Notes: generated from the letters alone by a model not told the origin. DNA of 47,759 bases from Piedraia hortae CBS 480.64 (GCA_010093745.1 MU006036.1:1-47759); one strand, 5' to 3'. Shown: positions 23,104 to 34,469, numbered from the stretch's first letter. Made by a program: numbers and translations.

Positions 23104-25870
23104 TGTGAGTAGATGTGTACCAGTATGCATACAAGTCTCTACGTACTAATAATACGCGGAATATACCGCATATTCACAACGCAAATACATGTGATTGACG
23201 TATTTGGAGCAGGCCAGAACACATGAACTCGTTCCCCTAACTTGATAGAATCGAACTGGAATCGCTAATACCATCGAACAACGACACGATCTTAACCTTC
23301 GCCTCCTTCTCCTTCCAGAGGTTACGATGCTCAGAGGAAAAGGTTCAATAAGTCCCAACAACGAGGACAATCCAGGCTGCTATCTACCGGGAAGCTAGGA
23401 TGTTTAAACCAATCCAGAAGCGCCGTTTATTCGTGCGTGGTAGCGAGCGTAGCTATGTATAACTAGCAGGGCGCGTCGGTGTAACAAATTCCCTGTGCGC
23501 TTAGGCGGCGCGGGTCGTCCCGCACACACACAGCCTCGCCGTAACACCAGATGGTTGAGAGGTTGACTTTAGGCCACAGGGGTTCAGCCAGCCTAAAATG
23601 TCGGCTTGATACCCTTAGTTCCTGGCCACAAAGGCTCAGGCTCTACAATCGTTCTGACAGTTCGCTTTCCCTATTTTCCTCTCCAGCTTGTCTAGCACAG
23701 TCGACATCCTAGCCCTTTTCCTTCATGCCCACGAACGATAAACAACGCCCCATCTCTTCGGTTCAAGCGATTACCAATCTGCCTGACGAAAGGCGAAGCT
23801 ATGGCTGCCCTAGCGAAAAACTTCTCTCCGAGGACATGCTTCTCGCTTGTACTGCGAGGACGTCCCTGTCGATCGTCGTGGAAATTTATGTTGCCCCACC
23901 GTCTTCCACCACGTCAACGCTTCCGTTTCTCTGGCACTGGGGGAAATGCCGAAATGCGGGTCCAGCATCTCTGTGTGTCTTGGAAGAGGTGATGTAGAAC
24001 TAAGGTTCAAGAGCTGCTCCTTGCCGCTCGACTGCAGAAGATAGAGGCACCTTAAATAATACCTCAGTTTCACACCACACCTCCGTCGATTCCCTGTAAA
24101 ACGTTGGAAGGTCGTGATGGATGTAGTCTAATACTGTTGTGCGTAAATTCACTTCGAAAAGCCACATACACGCCATCTTCAACCTCAAGGACTCAGCCAT
24201 CACGCAGACACTCGGCAAAGTCCGTTTTCTGATCCCAGAGTGCTTCCAAATTCCTCCTGCCTCAAGCCACTCTTTTTTGGTGGATGAAGATAGTACTTGG
24301 GGTCGTTTGTTAGGGATCGGCAACTCCCTCATTTTTGAACGACATGTGCATGTTCACAAAATATCTCTCTCCCTCCACTCCTCACCCTTGTCCCTCTGCC
24401 AAAACACGGACCGTAACGTCGATCCGCTGATAATTCGATATGTGTCGTAACAGCACATTCCTCGCAAGTCTCCCTGCCAAAGGAATGCCGTGGCGGGTTC
24501 GGTCGTGAGGTTGTAGCCAAGCCTCTTGAGTTGTGTTAAATATTTGGAGGAAGAGTTAGATGGGTGTTAGATGCTCTCCACAAGTCATGGACGGTATTGC
24601 ATTCAAATAAACAGCATTCAACACAATATAGGTACATTGTGGAATGCTGTTGAACATTTCGAGCATGAGTACACGGGACATCTGCTTTGATTTTCCTCAA
24701 ATGCAAATGTGACGTTCCGTTTTTTAGTTGTGAAATCCATGTCGACCGCAGGCGTTAAAGCGAAAGTAGTGGTATACCTCTGACGAACCGGGGTAAATCC
24801 TCTTCGCTCATGATATGGTGGATGAAGGCGTCTCAATGTTCTTTGGGTTCGGTGAGACATACCTGGGCGTATAAAACAAGCCTAGATGAAAGCAGAGGAA
24901 CCTGAACCTCGACAGTCCAGTCAGGGTCACAGCTGCATCGTTTGTGGTTTCTTTTCCATCATGTCTACGATGGATCGCCACAGCAGAGACTTTTGTTGTG
25001 GTCATTCTCCCTTTCTTGGCCTCCAGAACGGATGTGAAAAGGATGTTAACGTTATTGCAACCATCCTTGCTCACCGACAGCTTAAATGAGGTAGCAACTT
25101 GTCGACACACGCATCAGCGCTTAAGTGTACTCACAAATCTTACGCTTGCGGAACGTAGTTGAGGAGCAATTCTACAGCGAATGTGCTGTAAAACTGCCCA
25201 ATCAGCTGTTTCCTTAGGTCTTTAAGAAGCTTGCTTCCCTTTTGACGGAGACAGGGTTCCCAGATGGTTGCTTCAAGCGTAATGCACCCATACACACATC
25301 GCACTGAAAACCCTCGTCGCAGTATTATTTGCTTCTGCTGCACCCAATCCCGCACAGCCGCAGCGTCAAAGGTTACAGGAAGAGGGCTTGCACAATGTCA
25401 GGGAGCCCAGAATCTTCCACCCAGGTATTTGTTCATAATCGGCTTGAATGATCGGACCAAGCGCCCCCATGTCTTTGCAGGTAGGGACAGCGATCCAGCA
25501 AGTAGGGTGGGAATGGCAGTTCCTTCAACACCGGGGTAATGCTATTCCACACCCGTCGCATTGCGCAAACTCTCCAACATAAGATGTGGATGTGCAACAA
25601 GTCCAATTTTCTTGTAGCTGGCATGGCCATACCCATTCTGCTTTTTTTTTCGTGAATGACCCAGGGTATATGCTTGGCCCACATGCGGTGCATTCCCTTA
25701 AAAACACGTAAATGCGGTATGTTTGTTGCATTTTACCCCTCTCGAAGAAGCCACCCTTTTCGTTCCCCTTTCAATGCACAGACAGACCAACAGATGGGAA
25801 GGGGGATCAATCTTTGGTTTACACTCCTTCCTTTTAGTCAGTATCCTCCGATTTAGAATGTGTCCATGGG
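23104..25870 (-). mobile_element. highly degraded Ty1/copia element with polypurine tract and 3' LTR-like segment (23659-23104)
   Basis: Scattered RT-like words across frames: KEWLEA...LEALWDQKT, CMWLFEV, YLRCLYLLQSSGKEQ (like LxKSLYGLKQSGRxW) and INFHDD; purine tract GGAGAGGAAAATAGGGAAAG just before TGTCAG at 23659; the segment ends CTCACA at 23104. Confidence 0.5.
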
Positions 25871-25872
25871 CT

Positions 25873-26222
25873 TGTAGGCAATATATTTCACCTACACTGC
25901 CGGCTGCACCCTGTGGTTTACCCCTCGCAAGGTTTCCCCTCAGGGTCATGTCATATGTGACATGGTAAATGCGCCCTGCTAGTGTACGACGTGACATCAC
26001 CGTCTTATCGGTACAGAATATCTATTCTGACGTCCCCTCGTAGAGAGATAGTCACTCACACTGTCACATCGACACTGGTATTGACTCCTATACACCTGCG
26101 TCTTTCCTGTTCCTGTCGTTGATATCCGTCTAACGCTATGTCCTCCTACTTCGGGCCGCTGCGCACTACCATCCACGAGAGGCCTAATTGGTACAAGAGT
26201 CACCTGGGCCTGAAGCTTCACA
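25873..26222. repeat. solo-LTR-like repeat copy B (350 bp, TGTAGG...TTCACA)
   Basis: TG...CA termini; inverted homologue of 15442-15779; no intact target-site duplication seen. Confidence 0.8.
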
Positions 26223-26555
26223 GCAGAAGATGCATGAAATCCCTCAGCAAGGAAGGGTGCACTAAGTCCGAAGTGGAGTATCTGTGGTGCGCGGCCAATT
26301 GTGTAATCGATCCACGGCGAGTCTGGAAATCAGCCTCTATTATCTGTGCAAGTGCTCATATCGTAACTTGCCATGCAAATTCAGAGGTTGAAACGGTAAT
26401 GATGCCAGACAAAGAATCTTACCCTTTGAGAAGCCTGAAAGACGATTTATTCCCTTTATCCTCCACCCCATTAACAAACTCTTTATCCCCACATCAAAAC
26501 CCCTGCCTCCCCCCTCCAATCCAACCATCCCCCGCATCAAGCCAAAAAGGAACAT

Positions 26556-26846
26556 ATGCCATACACACCAACCTCATACCACCTAGCCTGCCTGGCGCAG
26601 GGGAATGAGTCCCAAACCCCTTCCCCACAACCAGATCGTTCCGAGCCAAAACGCTTTCTAAGCATCGTAAAACGCGAACTTGCAGACCTAAAACTAAGAC
26701 TATACGAAGTCGTGACAAGACAAGCAATGAGAGAAATACCATTAGGATCAAATTCAGAGCTCTCAATTGGGGGCGCGGGGTGTCGAGGGTGTATGAGGAC
26801 GAGGACAAGAGGGGGCTGGTCTCACCTCGGACGGTGCAGTGAATAG
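26556..26846 (+). CDS. possible small orphan protein, 96 aa
   Basis: ATG ORF after a C/A-rich leader; amphipathic helix and CRGC; no recognised family. Confidence 0.3.
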   Translation: MPYTPTSYHLACLAQGNESQTPSPQPDRSEPKRFLSIVKRELADLKLRLYEVVTRQAMREIPLGSNSELSIGGAGCRGCMRTRTRGGWSHLGRCSE

Positions 26847-27269
26847 ATTCTTTGTGCATAGCATAATGGAATTGTTCTTAATAACATGGTTTCGATTGTA
26901 TGGTTGTAGTGCCATGATGTGTCTTCAATGGGTGTATGAATGTTAGCTTGCGTCTTCTTTTTAGGCAGATTTTTCATTTGCATCGCTCATTCACATTGCA
27001 GTGACACTAAAAGCCACGCATCCTCGGATAGTTCTTCTGCTCATTCATACACCTCATCACACCTGATTCCCTCGAACGCATCAGCATATTCACACCTCAT
27101 CACCCCAGCTCTCGCCCAGCCATTCCCACCCAGCAAAGCAGCTCATTCACACCCCTCCGCCCTCAACTTGGATCCTCTTTGGCAGAGCACTCCCACCAAC
27201 CAAAACGACTCATCCCCACCTCACCCCCAATCCTCCCGCAGAGCCTCCCCCCTCGCCCTCAAGACAACG

Positions 27270-27953
27270 ATGCCCTACCCCAATGCAACCCACCCAACAA
27301 TCTACCTCAATCAGCCACCATTATTAACATCCGACAGCGCGCCCTACCCCTTTGTCCTCCCCGACCGCTCCCAACCCGTAATGGGCATCGTCGCACCCAC
27401 AGTAATGGGGACTGCGGTGATGACGGTCCTGATAACCGGGAGCGCGCTGCGGTGGTGGCACGCAAGAGCCGCAAAGCGATGCATAATCTGTCGTCGTGGT
27501 GACGTAGAAGGGGGTTATGCTAGAGGAGGCGCGAATAGTGCGGATTTGGAGAGGGTTGCGAGGGAGATGATTGCTATGAGGGATGCGGAGAGGAACAGTG
27601 GGAGGGAGGGTGAGGGGATTTTTGTTGTGGGTGAGGATGAGGAAGAAGTGGGGGAGATGACGCCTTTGAGAATTAGAGCTGAGATTTTGCAGAGTGGTGC
27701 ACAGGAGGTTAATGGGTGTGGCGGTTGTCAAGGTGATGAAGTGGAACGTTCGGAGTCGAGGGTGGGACAGAATGAGGAGGTGGATGAGAAGTTTGGGGGG
27801 GAGAATCATTATGTTGTGGAGGAGGCGGAGGATGAAAAGGGCGAGGGCGTTGGGGATAGGGTTGCCTACGAGAAACGCTCGTTCAAGTGGGCTGCTCTGG
27901 ACCCGATTCCGGAGGAGTGCGAGTATTCTGATAATGAGGATTGCATGTTTTGA
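27270..27953 (+). CDS. orphan single-pass membrane protein with acidic cytosolic tail, about 227 aa
   Basis: First ATG of the ORF (MPYPNAT); TM segment MGIVAPTVMGTAVMTVLITGSAL, then RWW..KRCIICRRGDVEGG and an E/D-rich tail. Confidence 0.6.
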   Translation: MPYPNATHPTIYLNQPPLLTSDSAPYPFVLPDRSQPVMGIVAPTVMGTAVMTVLITGSALRWWHARAAKRCIICRRGDVEGGYARGGANSADLERVAREMIAMRDAERNSGREGEGIFVVGEDEEEVGEMTPLRIRAEILQSGAQEVNGCGGCQGDEVERSESRVGQNEEVDEKFGGENHYVVEEAEDEKGEGVGDRVAYEKRSFKWAALDPIPEECEYSDNEDCMF

Positions 27954-28158
27954 GGTGGCGGCATGCTGCAGGTCCAGATAGCTATTCGAGTCAGTCAAAC
28001 TTCGAATTCATGCCAAGGCTGTAAAGCCAAGCACAGACTAACGAGCTTGGCGTCTAGACCTAATCGTCATCCCACAGACACAATAAACCCAGATTTGATT
28101 CTCATGTACAAAGTCTCGGCAGTTACAACGTAGTACATGCATATGCTGTCCCTCCATG

Positions 28159-28719
28159 TCATAAACTCAACCTATCAAAGTCTCCCAAATCTAGATTCTT
28201 CTGCCTGCGCGCGATGGCAAGTCTATAAACCCTCTCTTCGCCGCCCACAAACGGACATCCGGCCACGTACCACGACTCGCCTTTGACTTCCCTAAACCCG
28301 CCAGTCGAGGAGTACGACGAAGACGAAGTTAACGTCGAATTTGTCGAGCCGCCACTTCCTCTTCGCCGGGTTGTGGATAGAGGCCATCCCCAGGAAATCT
28401 GATGATGTAAAGGAGGCTGTGGAAAATTTTCGGAAGACTTTTTCCGCGCGGTGGAGTTCGGAATCTGCTGTGGGGCGGTAGCAGCAGCAGGTTGTTCCGA
28501 GATCCCCGCTTCCCCACGTTCGGCACTGCTTCTGCGAGGGCTTTCAGACCATGTTATGCTGCTCACGCTTTCTGTAGTGGTAGTGGTGTTTGCAGCAGCA
28601 GCAGCAGCAGCAGACTTTGCGGTCGCTGTTGGTGTGGGAGAAGCTGCAGAGGCTACAGCAGGTGGTTGGCTATGCAGCGGGGCCTTGAAAGCTGATAGGA
28701 AAACATTCAAGAAAGGCAT
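28159..28719 (-). CDS. conserved fungal hypothetical protein, 186 aa
   Basis: S/T/A-rich body; C-terminal GGFREV..ESWYVAG...GEERVYRL...DRLSL resembles an uncharacterised Pezizomycotina family; poly-Ala encoded by a trinucleotide repeat at about 28592-28612. Confidence 0.7.
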   Translation of the reverse strand: MPFLNVFLSAFKAPLHSQPPAVASAASPTPTATAKSAAAAAAANTTTTTESVSSITWSESPRRSSAERGEAGISEQPAAATAPQQIPNSTARKKSSENFPQPPLHHQISWGWPLSTTRRRGSGGSTNSTLTSSSSYSSTGGFREVKGESWYVAGCPFVGGEERVYRLAIARRQKNLDLGDFDRLSL

Positions 28720-29035
28720 CTTGCTGGAAGAGAAAGGATCCAGCCTTGGAGAAACCCCACATCTTTATGCCAATTCCGGCAACGCCGCGGCTCCTGAGCC
28801 GTGTGACTCGCAGTCAACGGACGAAGGCGGGGTAAATGAAGTTGCACAGAATTCGAGTCTTTGCAGTGCCGAAGATGTGCAGGTGATTCATCCCAAAGCT
28901 GTACGGCTTCTCAGAAATTGTACAGAGATTCAAGGCTTCTCAGTGCAATATGCTACAACAATTTCCATGTCAAATGCCAATGCGAGGGTATGCACAACTA
29001 GCCTGCAGTATTATTAAAACAAATATCAAAGACTT

Positions 29036-31400
29036 TCAACTAAACACGCTTGCATTGCTTCCGCTGGAAGAGCCGACCATGTCACGAATGGCCCACCGCC
29101 AACGGTCGTCGTCTGCTCTCTCCTCGCTGTTCGGAAACCACAGCTCGCAGCGACGTCTCCAGTTGAGTTCTTCGTCTCGTTGCAGTCGAATAAACTGCGG
29201 GCCGAGATCAAACTCCTCGTGCACCTCGCCCATACCGGACGCGTTCATACTGATTGGACTGGCCATTCCGCCCATTGACGCCGCAGCGCCGGGGATGGGT
29301 AGCTTCTCGTCCTTGAGGTCTTCAATTCCGGCAAACGCGTCCTCTTCGTCCTCACCGTCGGTAACGGAAGGCGAGATTGGACCACTAAAGTCGCGACCCT
29401 CCTTTAGCTTAAGCCATTTCATCTGCCGCGGGTCAAACACCATGCCGCCGTTGACCTGCACGCCATGGGCGGTGTGCATGGGCGCGATGAGGGCGGGAGA
29501 CTGCTTGGGCGGAGAGGGCATCCCGTGGCGTTCCATAAACGCCGTTGCCGGGTTGTGGCTCATGGGCGTGGGAGTGTCCAGTGGCGGAGGAATGTCAAAG
29601 TGCGCAAGGGAGTTTTCGTTTCCTTCCCAGCATTGAGTGGAATGGTTCCAAACCATGCCTTTTACTGGTGCTTCTGGTCGAGTGTTAGCCACGCATTGCA
29701 AGAGATGGGGAGCATGGAATACCTTTGGAGAGGGGATGGCTGGGCGGAATCAGCGTGGGAAGACGGCGAGGCTTGGACGAGCGCTGCGCCGTGGGACTGC
29801 TGGCGGGCTCCTTGGTTGTCTGTGTCGGGGCTTGGGCTTTCCAGTTTGTGCTGAGCGGCATCAACGGGCCTTCGCTGCGAGGACGCTGGTTGTTCCCCAG
29901 CCGCGTCTCTCTCGCGATCCTACTAGCTGCTGTGTCGCGCAGATAACTGGGCGTGTTCTGCTCCGTCCGCCGCGGTGGCTTGCCCGGCGTCCGCGGCGCT
30001 GGCGTCGTCATGCGGTCGGGCAGAGCACGCTTGGGGTCTCGCATGTCGCTGCGACTCTGCGTGTGCCGCAGCCCTTGCCTCGGCGGGCCTCTGGCAACGG
30101 GCTCCTTGACGTACCGCTGCTCCTTCACCAGCGACGTCGGCAGGTCGTCAAACATGTCAAGCTCGCTGCCGTCGCCAAAGTTGCGGCGGCGGGATGGTCG
30201 TGTCACCGTCTTCTTGGCTGCAGCTTCGCGGACGAGAGCCGCGGGAGCCACATCACGACGTGGGCGATCGTTGCGGGACGGCGTATGGGGTGTGTAGGCT
30301 GTTGACAAACGCGATTGCGACCGTTGTGGCGGCGAGGCGGCTCCCGTGCGGCTGGGGTCCGACTCGCGGCGTAGATGCAACGGCATGGCGCGCTGGGCGG
30401 CCAGGGGCGGGTTGAAGGTTCCCGACGGCTTGTAAGTCGGTAGGTTGCTGCGCGAGCTCATGGCCGGCATCGACCTCTTGGAACGGAGCATTTGGTTGCC
30501 GCCTGACGCTGGCTGACGGCGGTCGCGGCCTGGCTGGGCGCCCGTCTCGAACACGGGTTCCAACCGCGATGCCGGCTTGGAGCTCGAGATGGGTCGCGGT
30601 AGATGCGAGCGCTGGTGCACCGGCTTCTCCACCGGCCGCTCATGGAAGTTGAGGGTCGTCGCGCCACGTGTCGGCTTGGTGCCCTTGATCTTCAGGTTCT
30701 TGTTGATGCGCGTCTTGCGCACGTCTAGGATGTCGCCGCCGGCCAGGTCAAGGTCGTCAAGGTAGTCGTCGTCTTCGCCATTCAGCCGTGACTTCTTGTG
30801 CGCGTTCGTCGCCGTCGCCGGCTGTTCAATTGTCGGGCTGTGCGAGAGGTCCGAAAGCTCGGCCTCGGCGGCGCGTCGCTTCTTCAGCATCGCATCAAAG
30901 TCGACGGCGTCGGGGATCTCCAAGCCGCGCAGGTCGTCTTCGTCGTCGTCGGGCGGAGCGGGGGCCGGCGCGGGGCCCGAGCTTGGAAGCTCGTCGTCGA
31001 AGGCGTCTAACGCGTCCGTGAGGTCGGCCGCGGCGTCCGCCGGTAGTCTCTTGAGCGTTAGGCCGCTGTCGGGCATTTCCAGATCGTCGTCCCACCCGTC
31101 GGTGATCTTCTGGCGCGACGGCTTCTTGTTGAGACGCGTGATGGTACCACCTAACAACGCGCTCGAGGGCACGTCGGTCGGAAGCGGGATTCCTGCTTGC
31201 TTTGCGGCTTGTACCGCCTGCGTGCTGCCCTGTCCCGGCGGAAGCACGACGTTCCAGTCGTCGTCGCCCGCCACCGAGTCGGACCGTATGCTGAGTCGCG
31301 ATGAGATGCTGCCGTGCGTGGTACCAACGCTGCCGCCGGCAAACAATTGGAATTCGCCGTGAAAGTCGCCGTCGTCGTCCCAGTTCTCAATCTCTGCCAT
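29036..31400 (-). CDS. byr4: septation initiation network / mitotic exit two-component GAP scaffold Byr4 (Bfa1), about 771 aa, 2 exons
   Basis: IENWDDDGDF, GDGSELDMFDDLP, GMVWN..TQCWEGNE, GMVFDPRQMKWLK, EEFDLGPQFI; intron 29722-29674 joins the two ORF-track pieces in frame. Confidence 0.9.
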
Positions 31401-31460
31401 GCTGATTTTGTTGGTTTGCGCTTGCTGTGGTTGTCGCGTCAAAATTCCCGCCCCCTGCGG

Positions 31461-31800
31461 TCACGTGGCTGGAACGCGGTGTGAATGCAGGATGCAGCAG
31501 GTGCAGCAGATGCGGCGGAATGGCCGCTGCGTGAAGGCTGCCTGTCACTGGTCAGTGATCAATGGCATCCGACCGCTGCGATGCTTTTGTAGGGGGTGCA
31601 GCCCGAACTAAAACGCGACAAGCGACTGGGGGCCCTTCACGTGATTGGCCGGGGGTTGCTGCACGTGACCGTCTGTGCATCGGGGGGCCGCCCTCCTTCC
31701 AGAAGGCAACAACGTTGTGGGTGTAACGTGATTTGCCGTGTGACGGGGGTATGCTTCGTGACAGAGTATATCGATAGCGAGTGCACCGTCAACGTGATTG
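31461..31800. promoter_or_regulatory. divergent byr4/XRCC4 promoter with a CACGTG (E-box/Cbf1-type) cluster
   Basis: CACGTG at 31462, 31638 and 31662 plus two AACGTGAT variants within a 417-bp divergent intergenic region. Confidence 0.45.
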
Positions 31801-31817
31801 ATATCAGGTCACAATAA

Positions 31818-32867
31818 ATGCATGCCCACCTCCTCCGCCTAGCACGTGCCGATGCCGTGGGAGACTTTGTGCTTGTGAACGTAACGCAAACCCCTCTTGA
31901 TTGGCGGCTAGTGGCCTCGGAAGGAGAGCATGTTTACTGTACAGTCGTTAAAGAGGGCAATGTGGAGACACTCAAAGCTGGTGGCTACAGTGGCAATTGG
32001 CCGGCCGTATGGCGATATGCTTTAACAAGGGAAGCGTCCGATGCCGAAAGCTTGCGCGGTGTCGAGTCAGTTGCTGCAATCAAGGGTAGTTCTCTAGTCA
32101 TAACTATTAGAAACAACATTGGTGGCATCCATCAGAAGCTCGGCTCCGCTACCCTTGCTCAAAATGACGAAGAGGAGATTAGTCCTTTTGACTGGGCTGG
32201 TACGGCTGTAGCCACTGCTGATGAGCTGCGAAGGAAATTGAACGAATCACAAACACTTGTCAGCTCTCAGCAAGAGCAATTGGCGAAGCTGAGGCAGCAG
32301 CTTGAAGAGTTTGTCCTGCGGAAAAAAGAACAGGAAAGTAACATGCTGGGCAAATTTGCCATGTTGTTGAACACCAAGAAACAGAAAATAAGGGACCAGC
32401 AACGCTTGCTGAACTGTCTGAACACCAAGCCGCAGGCCTCGAGACCAGGCAAGCGGAAAGCATCCACGCCTGCATCGGCTGTATCGTCTGAGAGCGGCAC
32501 AGAGGATAATCTCAACAGCGGACAAGTAACACCGGAGGCTAAAGAAAGAGAAGGAGAAGGAGAAGAAAAAGAAGAAGAAGAAGAAAAAGAAGAAGAAGAA
32601 GAAGAAGAAGCGTTTGCACCGCCTTCACAGATTCAAACTACAAATGCAAGAGAGAACACTACTAGGCAGAGTCCGTCTAGTGATGTGTTGACAAATGATT
32701 CCCCACAAGATGAGCCTGCACTCCCGCCAAAGCGTGAACTGCCCTTTAAACGCAAACCAGCTACTGCTGTACCAAGAGAGACTGAACAAGCACGGCCTAG
32801 CAGTGGCAATAATTCTAAATCTAGCCTGGCCTCAGAACAGGATGAAGAAACAGACGACGAGTTGTAA
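31818..32867 (+). CDS. XRCC4: NHEJ DNA ligase IV partner XRCC4 (Lif1-like), 349 aa
   Basis: Beta-rich head (LVASEGE, ITIRNNIGGIHQKLG), long coiled coil, ligase-IV-binding FAMLLNTKKQKIR, acidic tail. Confidence 0.85.
   Translation: MHAHLLRLARADAVGDFVLVNVTQTPLDWRLVASEGEHVYCTVVKEGNVETLKAGGYSGNWPAVWRYALTREASDAESLRGVESVAAIKGSSLVITIRNNIGGIHQKLGSATLAQNDEEEISPFDWAGTAVATADELRRKLNESQTLVSSQQEQLAKLRQQLEEFVLRKKEQESNMLGKFAMLLNTKKQKIRDQQRLLNCLNTKPQASRPGKRKASTPASAVSSESGTEDNLNSGQVTPEAKEREGEGEEKEEEEEKEEEEEEEAFAPPSQIQTTNARENTTRQSPSSDVLTNDSPQDEPALPPKRELPFKRKPATAVPRETEQARPSSGNNSKSSLASEQDEETDDEL
32543..32610 (+). repeat. GAA/GGA microsatellite encoding a poly-Glu tract in XRCC4
   Basis: Pure A/G run with (GAA)n. 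Confidence 0.9.
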
Positions 32868-33557
32868 TATGCACTGTACTGTATCTAGGATGTAACCAGC
32901 AATTAGTTTCCAAGACAATCGTTCAAACTCGAGCAATCGATCAGCACTTTCATATCAAGTTTCCTGGTACTCAGTTAATCCGGGAGTCCCGTAAGAACAA
33001 GGTAGGCCCGCGACAAAGTCCTGATGCACCCTTGCGAGTAGTGTCGTCAAAGACCCATGGGGAAACTCCAGTCCATCACCCGTGACAACAAGATGACCTC
33101 CCAGCCCATGGCATCGAATGGTTTGAAATGTAGAATATCATTTGCCCGTGCACGGGAACAAATGATCGTCACGAAAATGATCGACATTGACGAACCACCC
33201 GGGACTTACCGTAAAGAGCATCTCCACCTGGTTACACCAGTCACATCTTGAGTGTTTCGACCGCGGTGCGTAATCGGTGGGGGCCACTTGGCCGTTTCCA
33301 CCGTTTGAAAAAAAGAAATAGTTTTCACCTCAACCAGACCCTGAAGGATTCGTGACAGAAACCCGTTGATTAGGAAACTCTGTCGGAGATTTTCCACCTG
33401 CTTGACTGATCTACGCGGGCTAGCAAGTCCAAACGAAACGGAGATTGATTGCCCGTTCTGAACTGGAGTTGCCGGATCGTCCCGTGCCGGGGTACCTTAG
33501 ACCCGAACCAAATTCATCTCATCCCCCATATCTTGGCAAGCACAAGACGGAAAAGAA

Positions 33558-34469
33558 ATGGAGCTGCCTACCGAGCTTCAGACTGCAACCGTAGAAATCC
33601 TGTCCATCGTTTTAAAAAACCTGTCACTGCACACACTTACCGCACTATCAATAGAATCGATACAACGAAAGCACAGTGCGGAACGGCTGCTCGTCTGGCC
33701 ATTACAATGGACAACGCGTCACTTGGAACTCCTCGGCTGCACTTTCGTGGAGCATGCCCCGGCATCATATACAACAGACCTCCCTCCTTTAGTCCCCAGC
33801 AACAACGACAACACGGTAGAAAGCCTGGTCAGCAATCTAACGCAGTCTGCCGGCTTCTTGTCAAGTAGAGAACACGCTCTAGGCGGTATCTTTAGCACCA
33901 CATTAACTGAAATGGTCGACGACATTGATTTCCACTACGGCTCAAAATTTAAAACCCTTCAATGCACAATGTTCTACAGCTTGCGCGTGCCGGCAGCGGC
34001 GTGTCTCTGGGTTGACGAGGCATTGATCCGCTCATGGCGAATGCGATCATTATCTCAAGGACTATCTTTTGATAAAAGGTTCGCCAAGATTGCTCCAGAG
34101 CGAGATCCTTATATCGCTGGTCTTCTCATCGCTCTGGCACAGTACAAGAGCCGAAACCCCAACAAAAAACAGTGTCAGGCTGACCACCTCCATGCACATG
34201 TTCTCATGAGCCATGCAGAGGATGTGCCCTACATGACACTCTATTCGGCACCAGTACCGACAGCACTGCTGGATAAGCTCTCACATCCGGCGAAATCAGT
34301 CCCCGTACCCTCGGAATTTTGTATCCATGCAAGTAAGATTCATTTTCAGCCGGCTTGGACGTTTAGGGAACGGGTGCTGCAGATGATGTATCCGCAAGGA
34401 TTGGAGCCGGTGTTGAAGTCCGACTGGCATGAGTGGCAGATTGATCGCTACGTGGCAATTAAATGGTGA
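33558..34469 (+). CDS. uncharacterised fungal protein, 303 aa
   Basis: Intact intronless ATG ORF with globular composition; PLQWTTRHLELLGCTF and DPYIAGLLIALAQ resemble motifs I recall from hypothetical proteins of other ascomycetes. Confidence 0.7.
   Translation: MELPTELQTATVEILSIVLKNLSLHTLTALSIESIQRKHSAERLLVWPLQWTTRHLELLGCTFVEHAPASYTTDLPPLVPSNNDNTVESLVSNLTQSAGFLSSREHALGGIFSTTLTEMVDDIDFHYGSKFKTLQCTMFYSLRVPAAACLWVDEALIRSWRMRSLSQGLSFDKRFAKIAPERDPYIAGLLIALAQYKSRNPNKKQCQADHLHAHVLMSHAEDVPYMTLYSAPVPTALLDKLSHPAKSVPVPSEFCIHASKIHFQPAWTFRERVLQMMYPQGLEPVLKSDWHEWQIDRYVAIKW

Noticed and set aside
25947..25983. Hairpin plus CTAG|T as a Helitron 3' end
   Set aside because: Homology with repeat copy A continues about 230 bp past the CTAG, so it is internal to the repeat
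33003..33422. Possible hAT MITE (TAGGCCCGCG...CGCGGGCTA with CGTGAC subrepeats)
   Set aside because: Imperfect 9-10 bp ends and no 8-bp TSD
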